32,300 bases of DNA from Asterionella formosa (lineage: Eukaryota), in contig NKIB01000495.1 of the NCBI GenBank assembly GCA_002256025.1, forward strand, positions 1 through 32,300, written 5' to 3'. A program made the position numbers and the translations under genes. Below, piece after piece: positions 10,126 through 21,611 of the stretch (position 1 is the first letter of the stretch; the number at the start of each line of letters is the position of its first letter). The notes under the pieces are model-generated. The model saw only the letters and a list, made by a program, of their open reading frames with translations, was not told the DNA's origin and ran no database searches.

Positions 10126-11882
10126 GAGCATCTCCACCGCATCGACCAAATACCAAGCCAATTGAAGTTGCGCGTCATTCACATCATGATGCGTTGTGTT
10201 GGTCGAAAAAGCAAAACATTTTTAGCCACCACACATACCAAGACCAAATATCCAAATGCGCTTTGGTCTTGTTCGAGAATGACCCCCTTAGCGACCAAAT
10301 ATCAGCAAGTTGCGGTCATTTTGCTGAAATGGATAACATGATGCAGGACAGGCACTCAAAATGAATAAAGAGAGAACGTCATCAACTCTCTCGTTGAGTC
10401 GACAGTGTCTCACGACTTGTTGGTGAGGTATTTCGTCTTAACACGGAAACGTCAAAACGAGGCAAATGGCTGAAAGAAATGGCAATGACTGGGGAAATAG
10501 AGGGGTGGCACGAAGCAAAAGCAAGCAAATCTTGAAAAGGTTGCTTTATTCTCTCCAAACTCAAAATGGCTCTCCTTTTCCGGCATTAAAGTGATGAAAA
10601 CAACCAATAATGAACGGTTCTATATCAATTATGATTTGAAATATTTGCATGCTAGCGTCATCATAAGTACCGGTAACAACTTGTCGTACCCGATATGACT
10701 ATTGCACAATTCCACCATATGCATGCTGGTGGTTGGACTCATGCTCCTGTTCAGGGTACCGCCTAAAAACTGAAAGTCATTCTTATTTTACCCTATGCTA
10801 CGACTCAAATTATTATAGTCAAATTGCTTGGTAACATTGAAGCAAGTTCGAAGGTTATTGTTGCTCGTCCTCTCAGGTACCTTCTAGATCTATTTATGAC
10901 TAGGGTGAAGTTAAAATTTCTTGAGATATAAAAGTTTCTAATGTCATCATTTCGCCTCATAAGGATGACTCTCAGTATATTGGTTTTTAATGCATACAAG
11001 AGGAAATTTTATATTCTTCCATTTCTTTTCCCGATTACCCTATTCTTGCCACAAAAACTTTTTGATTACAGATTACTGCCCTTTCTTTTTTGTCCCTTTC
11101 GATGCTGAGTGTCTTACTTGCTTGATCCGAGTCGGCAAAAACAAGTCAAGTCGGCACCGCATGACAGTGACGAAAAGTCAGTTTGCGAGATCACTGTCAT
11201 GTCGTCGCCCGCTGCCAGGTTTATTGGAGCTGCAAGTGACAGAGGCAAGAAAGCGATTCAAGCTCTTCTCAAAGAAGGAATAGATGTGAACATTTGAGAC
11301 TGGGACGAACTGAATGTCTTCGCTTCAGCTGCCTCTTCCGGATTCTTGGAAATTGTCAAAGTTTTGCAAAAGTAGACGAGGGCAGATTACAAGAACACAG
11401 CTGACAAGGATGGTTTAAGTTCGTTGATGGAAGCTGCGTCATGGGACTTACAAAAGTTGCAACAAGGAAAACAAACTGTTCAAAAAGAAGAATCAACGCA
11501 CGAATATGTCTCAGCTGCTTTGCCTTCTCGTTTTCTTGCCATATTTTACCAAAGTGGTAGAAGCGGTCATCATTCAATGAGTCAGCCGCTATTGCTTCCC
11601 ATTCTTTCATCATGTGAAAATGTGAAGTATACCCAACAACATGTCAAATATATAATGGTAAGACATCATTTTACAATACACATGTAACTAAACTCTAGTG
11701 CTATTCCTATAAATTAATTTTTGGGCGCGAGATTTGACTATTTTAGGATTTGGTCGACACGGTGGGGAAAAATATGAAAAAAATTGACTATTGATAAGTA
11801 AATCTTCAACCAAGTGATGTGTTTTGATACTTTCAAATGCAATTGGCTTTGGTATTTGGTCGATGCGGTCATGGAGATGCTC
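10126..11882. mobile_element. Non-autonomous PIF/Harbinger (Tourist-like) DNA transposon, ~1.76 kb
   Basis: ~40-bp TIRs: GAGCATCTCCACCGCATCGACCAAATACCAAGCCAATTG (10126-10164) and its inverse at 11840-11882 (two small indels). Flanked by TTA (left) and TAA (right). GACCAAATA subterminal motif is repeated. The GAGCATCTCCA terminus and TWA target are PIF/Harbinger hallmarks. Confidence 0.85.
11199..11460 (+). pseudogene. Ankyrin-repeat gene fragment with in-frame stops, inside the Harbinger-like element
   Basis: Read-through translation MSSPAARFIGAASDRGKKAIQALLKEGIDVNI*DWDELNVFASAASSGFLEIVKVLQK*TRADYKNTADKDGLSSLMEAAS fits the ankyrin consensus (LL..G.DVN..D, AA..G.LEIVK.L, D..G.T.L..A). Stops at 11295 and 11373. 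Confidence 0.8.
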
Positions 11883-12054
11883 TAAGGCCGGTGCTAACCA
11901 TGGACCAAAACCAAAATTTTAGCTTGGTTTTGGTCAGACAGACGAAAAAGCAATGCTAATGGTTTTTGAGAAAACCTGATTGTTGTCAGTCAGCCATAGA
12001 CTGTGACATGGTAGGAAGACAAGAATATAATGCATAAAAGTAAAAATTTTTTGG

Positions 12055-12168
12055 AAAATGATATTTCGTCCCCCTAACCCTAGCCCTAATCCCTAAGCCT
12101 TAACTTCAGTTGCTACCTTGGAAGAGTCTAGGGTTAGGGTTAGGGTTAGGGGGACGAAATATCATTTT
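12055..12168. repeat. Foldback element with interstitial telomeric repeats (CCCTAA)n...(TTAGGG)n
   Basis: 28-bp perfect inverted match AAAATGATATTTCGTCCCCCTAACCCTA / TAGGGTTAGGGGGACGAAATATCATTTT, continuing inward with degenerate CCCTAA units on the left and perfect TTAGGG units on the right. Confidence 0.9.
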
Positions 12169-14262
12169 GCTTTTTTATTACTGCTACTTTTACAAATAAA
12201 ACAGTATGATTCCTATGTGGGAATTAGTTATTTTTCACCGCAATTGTGGGCTCAATTAAAATGTACTCCGAGTATGGCGACTGGTGGTGGAAACAACGAT
12301 ATGACAATGACGATCCAACTTTTCTTGACAGATAAATAGTGCCGGATAGCCCTAATGTGCGCCATCTTAAAAGCTACAGATCTATTTGTAAAATAAATGT
12401 ATTTAATTTAAATAAGGTAACTGTTTCAAAAAACTTTTTTTGCTTTCTCCAATAAGTTACTTTGAAATGACCTAGTAATCAAGATTCGCTAGGAATATGA
12501 TCCGCGATATGAAGTATGTACATGAAAGTCAGTGCTAAAAAATAAGTTGTGGTACTTTCTTGCATTTTGAGCTGTTGCACCCCTTCCAAGATTTCTTTTC
12601 CTCACTGTTTCTCATTAATTTATGCTGTAGATAGAAAAAATCATCTAGGGGCTTAAGTCATCAAGCTAGCTACTACGGTCTCAATTGTGTCTAAACTTTG
12701 GCTATATCTTCAAAATTGAGCAAAGGACGACCAAAACTAATTCTAGTGGCGATTTCAGTTTTTGTGGTCAATATTAATGAAAACAAAAATTTTATTGAAT
12801 GATTACCTAGGTCTATTTTATGCTAGATCTACATGCAAAATTGGAATGATTCATTATAAATTTTCGTGGAGATATTGAGCCCGTTCATTTCATCATGGTC
12901 TAGACAGCCAGAGATGATGAATCATAGACCCCCCTACATTGGCAGAACAAAATCAAATTTACTTATGTATTTGTAGTACCAAGCCGGCATGCACATGGAG
13001 AACTTGTCATCTGCAGATAGGATCCAGATGCCAGGGCAGGTTCATCACGTTTCGGTCTTTAGACTTGATATTCATATCATGCTTATCCCCTAAGTGCTCT
13101 CCATATTATGCAAGCCATGTAATATGCTGGTACATACCGTGGTTGTTTTTCCTACATATGTAGCTATGATACCAATAACTGGTGCCAGTACCAGTATGCT
13201 ATTATTTTCACAACCAGGGACCAATATTTTATTCTATATGACTATCGAGTAGAGTACAAAAACATATGGCTAACTTGTTTACACCTGTTAAACTTAAAAT
13301 ACTGGTACACCGGTAGGCGTGAAGTTGCATATTTTAATCCAAAAGAAATGCACAGTGATACATTATGACCAGATACTTAGATGGGCTTGGCTTTTGTTCA
13401 ATATTATGTACATGCAGTTCGATTGAGACGCCCTACATACTGCTAACTAAAATCCAGTACATATATATTCAGATAATAAGGAAAGTGCATGCATGCGTTG
13501 TCGAGCATGATTGTTTAGTCAGCTGGCAAAAACAGATCCATATAGTTACATATATGTGTACCTGTGACATATGTATGAAATTTGAATGCACAGAAGCATA
13601 CCAGCATGATCTACATGATATTTGTACAATGAAATAATTTATAAATATAAAAATAGATTTTTATTTTTAGTTTATAAAATTGACTGATGGTGGGTTTGGG
13701 GAGCTAATGAAAGCAGACGAAAGCAAAAAAACACTTTTCCAATGAGAGCATTCAAATTTATAATTGCTCTTGTTTGATCAAATTTCGGAGCATGAACAAA
13801 GTTGAGGCACCATTAAAACCGCATCAGCCTGTTTGGTCTACGCGAATTGTAACAATTACATTAGCTCCATTCATTAAAAAGTAAAATATAAGCAATTTTA
13901 GTAATATTTGCTGGTGTTTTTGTTATTGCCGCTATCTATGTATGAAATCTATCTATATATATAGGTAGACTATTGTTTGCTTGTTTGTGTATATACTTCC
14001 TGTTTATCTTCGTCTTTATACTAAGTCACTGTGTTCATTTACAATCACTCTGTTATAATGAAATCTACATAGAAATAGAAATTAGAAACTTACAAGAAAA
14101 ATGACATAAATAATTATTGATTTACTAGATATTTAATCAGAAAAAGTAATGAAACATTCCCTGGAAAAACAACTCATTGTGTATTTTCAGACATTTTGTG
14201 CAAAAAGTGTAATGGACCAGGAAGACATTCTCGACAGAGATGATCAGTTTTGTAATAAAAAC

Positions 14263-14440
14263 TCTACTGCTGTGTAGATAAAATAAAATCCAACAATAAT
14301 TATTCAACTTGAAACTATAAATAGTAGAATACATAAAGAACCATTAACAACCAGTGCTAGCACATAGATATTTAAAAAGGTGGAACGTCTTTGATCCAAT
14401 TCAGCAGTGATGGCACCGGATACAAAATCCCCCTTACCAG
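14263..14440. repeat. Dispersed repeat copy 2 (family shared with 1958-2130)
   Basis: Same colinear conserved blocks as 1958-2130. Confidence 0.85.
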
Positions 14441-16506
14441 TCCACCTTACTATTAAACTTGACCAATAGGAATTTGCGGGTCTACTCAATTGCACCTTCC
14501 CCAGCTGCTGAGCGACCTATTAGGTAGCATCCCTGCCAATTACAAGCAAAGCCGCTTTCCCAATGTGAGGTATCTCATAATTGTTGTCGCCATTTTTTAA
14601 GCAACCCTAAATGATAACCTGTTTTATAGCCCAATCCTAATCCCATTTTTCAAGGCAAGTATTCATTGTTCTGCCTGCTGACAAGACGTGTGCTTCCCTA
14701 CCTGTAGTTTTGTTAGCGTAGCTGAGTCTTCAACCACCCTTCACGAAAGATGATCGTTTTTGCCGCAGCGTTAGGTGAAACTCCGACCGTCTAGGAACAA
14801 GGCGGCAAAAGCTGCTTGTAGGGGAGGCAACTCTCTATTTCTTGCACACCAGGCAACAACGTGCGGGACGGTAAGGAGTGTGGGAGTCGAACCCAACAAA
14901 TAATTCTCAAAAAATTTGCGGGAATCGTTCCTCACAACCTCAGATCAAAGGCAATGTGCTAAACCAACCACCGTAAGCCATTCCCTTTTTCAAGCAACCT
15001 TGTACTGTAAAGAAAGAAAATTTTACACCCATTTCTTTGGTTCTAACAAAATGAATGTTGCCTGCCCTGGCTGCCTCTATCAAACTGTAGACGTTGGAGT
15101 CCCATTGACCTGACTTCAATGCCTTAGAAAAGATAGATTGTCGATATTCAAATCCGGAAGATTCACTGGTTACTAAGTCAATCAAATATCCCATTCTTCA
15201 TCTATTGCCGCGCCTACAAAGGTAGCATTGTCTCTATTACTATCCTTGGCAATCCAAAAAAAACTGTTGACTTGGGAAGGGCAAGAGCAGCTGCTAATTT
15301 ACTATATTGCACGATTGCAATATGGAATATTTCTATTGCTGGAATCATGCTAAGGATACCCAAGGTAGCTCTCATACTAGCTGGAATATAAAAATTTCGC
15401 TGAGATTATGCGATTCTTTTATATTTATAGAAAACGCTAGAGAGAAGTCATTGTGATCAGCTGGAGAATCCTTCGTCATGCCATCGCAGTTGACCATAAC
15501 GAAAAATGTGAATATCTGACACAGTCAATACAATTGTCAATTGATGATTGTAATAACACTAATATTAAAAACGAAAATTGAAGAATTTTTCATGTCATTT
15601 AGAGATGCAAAATTCAAAACAAAGATGATACAAACAGATTTGACACTTTCACAGTAGCTGGAATACGAATAAAATTGAAACTCACTTATAACGCGCTTGC
15701 TAAGACCACGGAGTGATACTATAACGACTAGAACAATATAATGATTAATTAAAGCAAAAGATGAGACATAAATCCTTTATCATCAAAGAATAGATTCTTC
15801 ATAGTGATACTTTCTGTCATTTTTCTCAATTAGACATGTGATGCCAGACAGGAGCTCCTTATGTTCATCACACATCGAGAACATCATCAAGTCACTGTTT
15901 GAATTTGTCTACATATGCATCAGGACTTAGCTAGTAAGTTAGGTTTAGAGATAATTTTCATTCTTCCAAACGAAAAAATTGGTCAAAAAAATTGCAGATG
16001 GCAAAAAGCAAATGACGAAGAAGACTGGTGGTTGTCACGAAGCAAAAGTAAGCAAATCACCTTTGTCTCAATAAACAATGAATTATAAATCAACTATTGT
16101 TTTGGTCATATTTCCTTGTAGAAGATGGTATCTTTTAGGACGGCGCATATGTATGAATAAGACGCGTTATTCTTCATTGAATAAGACAATGAGGCAGGCA
16201 TTGGGATATCATAAGTGGCATTGAGCCTCATCGTGATTTTCCGATTTTTATCTGCTACAACTTAAGAAATATTGTAGCTGAAATAATTCTTTTACTTTAA
16301 GTTTGCGACTATTCGATTCTATCTATTTCACTAGTCTAGTATAGAATAACAAATGAGGGGAGGAAGTACAGAAAAATGTGGAACTTATATAGTTTCTGTA
16401 CGTAAATCTGTGGGGGATTTCGTCCATATTTTTCCTAACAGCCAGTTCTGTCAGCAGCGGTTTTTGCTTGCTTCCGCCGTGATTCATTTTTTCGGCCCCT
16501 GCTTTC

Positions 16507-19300
16507 CGGAAAAATGTGGATGATTTTCACCACAGAAATGTGTAGAAAGTGCGTTCAATTTTTTACCACTGTAGGCCTACATAAATACCGGTAATAGATT
16601 CACTACGAATGTCTAGTACCTGGTAGCGGGTACTCCTGCTAGGTACCAGGTACCACAGGTACCATCAGTACCTGGGACCTGGTAACTGCTGAGAGTTGAG
16701 AGTATGGTACCAGGTACCAGGTACTGGTGGTACCATGTGCTCGTCATCTACATAGCTACCGGTAGCTATGACTAACAGTCGACTGAGCACATGATTTCAT
16801 TTTGCTATAATGAGCTGGACAGTATAGACTATTTGGAAGACCAAAAGTTTGAATCGAACGATCAATGGTTATAAACTTATGATCAATAAGTGTGAGATAG
16901 ACATGGGTCTATCTATGAATTTATGTTCTGACAAATGCAAACAGCATTTGGAAAAATAGTTTGTTTGATTACTCAAACTGAACAAACCTAACTAGTTTGC
17001 TTAGTAACTCACAAAAAGAATAAAGAAACAAAAAAAAGAAAATAATGTCTCGATCTATAGTCTTCTTTGTCTAACGATATATCTATCAACTAAAAGGTAA
17101 TACTTTAACACCATGTAGTATATTAGAGGTTGTGTGGACGAGGTATACCAGGTAGCTCTGTGGGTATTCGCTTCTCTCATATGAAGAATGATCAGGATCG
17201 ATCAAAAAACTACAAGCCCAGACATGTGTATACAAATCCTGAGGATTTTTCTGTGTGTCCAATCACTGCTTTGTTTGAGTACATGTGTGTCAACCCAGAT
17301 ATTATCCAAAACTCTGATGGGCCACTCTTTCCAGGTGCAAATCAAGAGGATCGCTTTAGAAAGATTCTCAAGCAACTTTTCAAGAAGCATGAGGGGAATT
17401 TAGATAGGTATGATGTTGATGAACTTGGCACCCACAGCATAAGCAAAGGTGCAACAACTTATGCTTCCAGTGGATCGACAGCAAGCCCATCAAGTGTTGC
17501 CATTAACAGCCGTGGGGGTTGGACTCTAGGCAGTGTCAGAGATGAAAGCAGGTGACCGTTATGTTGGTCGCATTTTAGCTGGGTTACCATTACTCTCAGT
17601 TAGTTTCTGAGCCAAATTTTTGGATGAAATGCCCATGTAATGACAGTGCCATACAAGACCAGTTGATTCTTGATGGAAAGGTTCTTGCTGGCTTGCGGGC
17701 CTTATTTGGTGAAGTGCTTCGTCGACAAGCAGCTCTCTCCCTCCATTTCTACAAGTGGTCTTGCTTGTGTGTTGCATCACATGGAGAATCTACAAATACT
17801 GAGAAAGGATCAAACATCATCGATGCATTTAACAGGAGTGTATAAATCAAATGAAATTGCAGCAATTTCAGATCAGGTTGTTGTTCGATATCCATTTAAA
17901 GAAAAGGATTTTTTCTCAATTAAATTGACTGGCATTCCTCCACATGTTGCGCACCTTGCTGCCATAGAGCAAATGAGAGGTGAATTTCTCCGCATCATTG
18001 CTTAGTGATTTTGAGAAAATGCTCAATGATCGAACTTATGCTGATGTCATTTCAGAAAATCGAATGGAGGCCATCATGGAAAAATTTATTGGGCAAAAGC
18101 TCCTTGGGTTGACTGAATGACTAGACCAAGCAGCAACAGGGAATTATGCTGCATCAAACAACCCAACAACTCCAAACAACCAGAAATCATCCTCCCATCT
18201 GTTTTTGCATCCTCATGATGGATTGTTCCGGAGAGTTCCAGTTGGATGGCAGTTCCCGCTTTGTGCTGTAGCTGTTGCTTACTGTTTATGGCATATGGGA
18301 GATGACAGGAATAAAATTGGTCCATTACAGTTTTTAGACAATCATGATGTCAGTTTTGAGACTGTCACAAAGGCGAATGCTGATGGTGCCAGTGGTGAGG
18401 AGCAAGTTGTTGTCTGGAAAGGATGCAAAAGGGGGATCAAGTATTTAGATGAGTTCAGGAAGATAATGAAAAGATTGGATGGCAGAGGAAAAAATCGAGG
18501 CTTCCTGCAACCTCCAATTACAAGAGAAAATGTCCTTGTTGCTCTTGAGCAATGCATGGACTGTCTTGGCATTTCACCTGTGACTGCTCAAGGGAGGAAG
18601 AGACGTGTTGCAAGTCTGAAGTGGAACACTGCTTTTAGACAAATGCCTACAGAGAGAAATGTTGTTGTAAGAAGTTGTGGCACTAATGCTCGAAATTGTA
18701 TTCCATACATTGGTGATCCAATGGTTATTGCCATGTTGAAAGATGGTGAAGCATCAGCAAACTTGCAAGAAGTCTAAATGTTCATTCGTCACTTTCTATC
18801 TATTTAATTAAATAATAACCATATACTAGTACATTTGCATATTCTTTATCACTACTGGTAGATTGGTGCTCTACCCTGCTTTATATCATTCAGCCAAATA
18901 CTAGCTAGGAGTAACACTCTGGCTATCTATGACCATATCACCATTGCTTTGTACATAACCGTTAATACAGTATCAGTGCGGTTGTTTTAATACTGCTAGC
19001 TATACTACTACAAGATTTGATTGACAATTTATTAGTATAAAGTACAACTGGTAGTATATTTACTGCAATTCCTCATCGTCCGATGGTACTTGGTACCTGG
19101 TACCTGGTACCAGTAGCGCTAAATCCAGTTGTATATGGACATAAAATTTCGTGTACAGTACAGGTATACCGTGTATCTTTTATGTACATACGTAATTAGT
19201 GTGTCGTACAGTACTCGAAATGATCAACCGTAGAGGACTACTTAGACTAACATAAACCCGACATTTCAAATCTGTGGGGAAAATCATCCACATTTTTCCG
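16507..19300 (+). mobile_element. Decayed Crypton-type (CryptonS-like) tyrosine-recombinase transposon region bracketed by 30-bp inverted repeats
   Basis: Internal YR pseudogene. 16507-16536 CGGAAAAATGTGGATGATTTTCACCACAGA is the inverse of 19271-19300 (29/30). GGTACC-rich tracts lie inside both ends. True element ends are not established. Confidence 0.7.
17157..18777 (+). pseudogene. Crypton tyrosine recombinase (C-terminal half) plus C-terminal putative DNA-binding region; 5'-truncated and frameshifted
   Basis: Motifs KNDQ...PRHVYTNP...CPITAL...LFPG...LGTHSISKGATTYASSGSTASPS...RGGWTLGSVRD, then (frameshift) AGDRYVGRILAGLP, TGIPPHV, and FRRVPVGWQFP...AYCLWHMGD. These match oomycete/diatom Crypton proteins from recall. 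The catalytic HxxR reads HSIS, and the catalytic-Tyr segment appears deleted at ~17545. Confidence 0.85.
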
Positions 19301-19976
19301 TCCAGTTGAGGATGGCATTTTGATTCGATAACTATGTACACTGGTTGAACCGTAGAAAAACATGTACGATTTCATACATGCATTATGTAGCGGTATTCTG
19401 TATTGTGATCATCATCAAACTCTCATCAAGTGAGTCATACATATGGATTCTGGATTCCGTCTTGTCGTATATTGCTGTCTTGAATTCATCGTAACATATG
19501 TACCAAGTCGGTATATGCCCTGCATGTGTGTCCAAATGTCCCATAAAACGATGCATGTGATGCAACTCATCCTCGTCAGTCCCAGCATGGAAGGCGAGCG
19601 AAGTGCCTACCGGTAGTTGGCGAATCTTGGTTAACGTATGTTGATAGTACATATGATGGCTTCACAGTTCGTCATGTCATACATAGAGCGACGTCGTTTT
19701 TCAGTTGTCGTCTCGTTCACCTTGTTTTTTGTTCTTCCACCACGCATTCAACGTGGAGTCATCAAGTTCCTCATAAAAAAAATATGCCAACTATACCATA
19801 ACGTTCTGTGCCAGGTGGATATCATACCAGTAGGGTTAAACTTTGCTTTACCGCCATAAAATTTCACTTCACAACACAAACATTGTGAGATAGCCAGCTG
19901 TGTGTATAGATTTCATATTGTATTTTGTAGTCCTTTTTCTCCTCTATTATCTCCATCGTGATCCGTGTTGTTCGGA

Positions 19977-21611
19977 ATGCCATTTTCCAGAGAGGCCACA
20001 ACCGCACTCGTTCTTGCGATAACTATAAACAGCCGGACTGCAACTGGGTTTACAACACAACGAATCTCGGCACAGAGGAGTCTGTATCGAACCGCTGGAC
20101 ATCACCGCGTGTCCTCCTTCAAGGATGAGGTAACGACAGCCAGCAGGGAAGATGAAAATTTGTCTCTGGTCAAAGAAGGCACTCAAGAAGGAGGAATTTC
20201 TTCCGTGCTGAGCATGCTCCAAGAAAAAATGGGCGTGGTGGACGACGACAGAATTGTCTTTCCAGAAATCGAATCTGGGGAAGTTCCGCGCTTGTTTAGC
20301 TCGCTAAAGTACAGTGTACTGGAAGACGGCAAGCTATCAGCGCGCCATGCTGCCGGGTCCGTTCTTGGAGCTGCTGCGCTGGTGGCCGGAACAACCGTTG
20401 GAGCGGGAGTATTGGCGCTTCCTTCAGCAACTGCTGCCGCTGGTTTCCTCCCTTCCACTGCAGCCATGTGCGTGGCTTGGACTTACATGACCATGTCGGG
20501 TTTGTTCATTGCTGAGCTATCCCTGAATCGATTTGGAGAAACGGGACAACCGGGACTTGGGCTATTGGCACTCTATGAGAGTTCCTTGGGCAAGACATGG
20601 GGACGCGTTGGCAGTGCCGCATACTTCTTTTTGCACTATACTGTCATGGTAGCGTACATTGCGCAGGGTGGAGCAAACTTTGACGGTTTTCTATCCTCGG
20701 TTGGTACGTCGTCGGACTTTCACGGAAGTGGGCAAATAGCCTTTGCAAGTCTTGGAGCCGTGGCACTTTACACGGCCTCTCAACCCATTGTACAAACAGT
20801 CAATAAAGTGCTTGTGGCTGGAGTATTTGCATCTTTCTTGGGGATTGTTGCTCTAGGAGCAGGTTCTGCTGACTTTGGTGCTTTGATTGATCTGTCAAAT
20901 CAACACCCTGAAAATGTTGTTAATGCCTTTCCTATTCTATTTTTATCTCTGGTATACCAAAATATTGTTCCCACCGTTGTGATGCAGTTGGAAGGAGACC
21001 GAAGAAAAATAACAACAGCTATTATTGGAGGTACTCTTGCCCCACTGTTAATGTATATTGCATGGAATGCAGTCATTCTCGGCAACGTTATGGGCATTGA
21101 CCCGTCTTTGTTAGGAAATGTTGATCCCGTCTCAGTCCTTCAAAATAATAACGAGGAAGGAGCTGTTCTTGGTACGCTTGTCGGTATCTTTTCAGAATTG
21201 GCCCTGATTACAAGTTTGATTGGGTTTGTCTACGGACTCATTGACGCGTTGACAGACGTTGCTGCTATCCCCATGAAGGGACCAGTCTTTAAAAAGTACA
21301 AACCCGCCCTGTTTGCTGCAGTGTTTTTGCCTCCACTGGCGCTATCTATTGGGTATCCAGATATATTTTACACGGCTCTTGACTATGGTGGTGCTTTTGG
21401 TGTGTCGACCTTGTTCCTCGTTCTGCCTCCTTTTATGGTGTGGAAGGAGCGATATGGTAAGGAGCAAAAGCAACTGACGACAAAGCCTATTGTCCCGTTC
21501 GGTAAGATAACTCTTGGCAGCATGTGGAAGGCCGCTGGTACTTTGATCTTGGAGCAAGGTGCCGAGAAGCTAGGGATCTTCGACCTTTTCCATGAACACT
21601 TCATGAGCTAG
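19977..21611 (+). CDS. Aromatic amino acid (tyrosine/tryptophan) permease, TyrP/Mtr-like HAAAP family, probably plastid-targeted
   Basis: Intronless 544-aa ORF from ATG 19977. It has the signature AALVAGTTVGAGVLALP, many hydrophobic segments, and an N-terminal hydrophobic stretch followed by ATGF plus a transit-like extension. Confidence 0.9.
   Translation: MPFSREATTALVLAITINSRTATGFTTQRISAQRSLYRTAGHHRVSSFKDEVTTASREDENLSLVKEGTQEGGISSVLSMLQEKMGVVDDDRIVFPEIESGEVPRLFSSLKYSVLEDGKLSARHAAGSVLGAAALVAGTTVGAGVLALPSATAAAGFLPSTAAMCVAWTYMTMSGLFIAELSLNRFGETGQPGLGLLALYESSLGKTWGRVGSAAYFFLHYTVMVAYIAQGGANFDGFLSSVGTSSDFHGSGQIAFASLGAVALYTASQPIVQTVNKVLVAGVFASFLGIVALGAGSADFGALIDLSNQHPENVVNAFPILFLSLVYQNIVPTVVMQLEGDRRKITTAIIGGTLAPLLMYIAWNAVILGNVMGIDPSLLGNVDPVSVLQNNNEEGAVLGTLVGIFSELALITSLIGFVYGLIDALTDVAAIPMKGPVFKKYKPALFAAVFLPPLALSIGYPDIFYTALDYGGAFGVSTLFLVLPPFMVWKERYGKEQKQLTTKPIVPFGKITLGSMWKAAGTLILEQGAEKLGIFDLFHEHFMS

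Noticed and set aside
12055..12168. Chromosome fusion scar or true telomere
   Set aside because: Wrong repeat orientation for an end-to-end fusion, very short, and bounded by unique inverted arms.
14881..14895. Perfect T-arm/B-box (TGGGTTCGACTCCCA on the minus strand) as a tRNA gene
   Set aside because: No matching D-arm, anticodon arm or 5' acceptor strand at the proper distance; at most a fragment.
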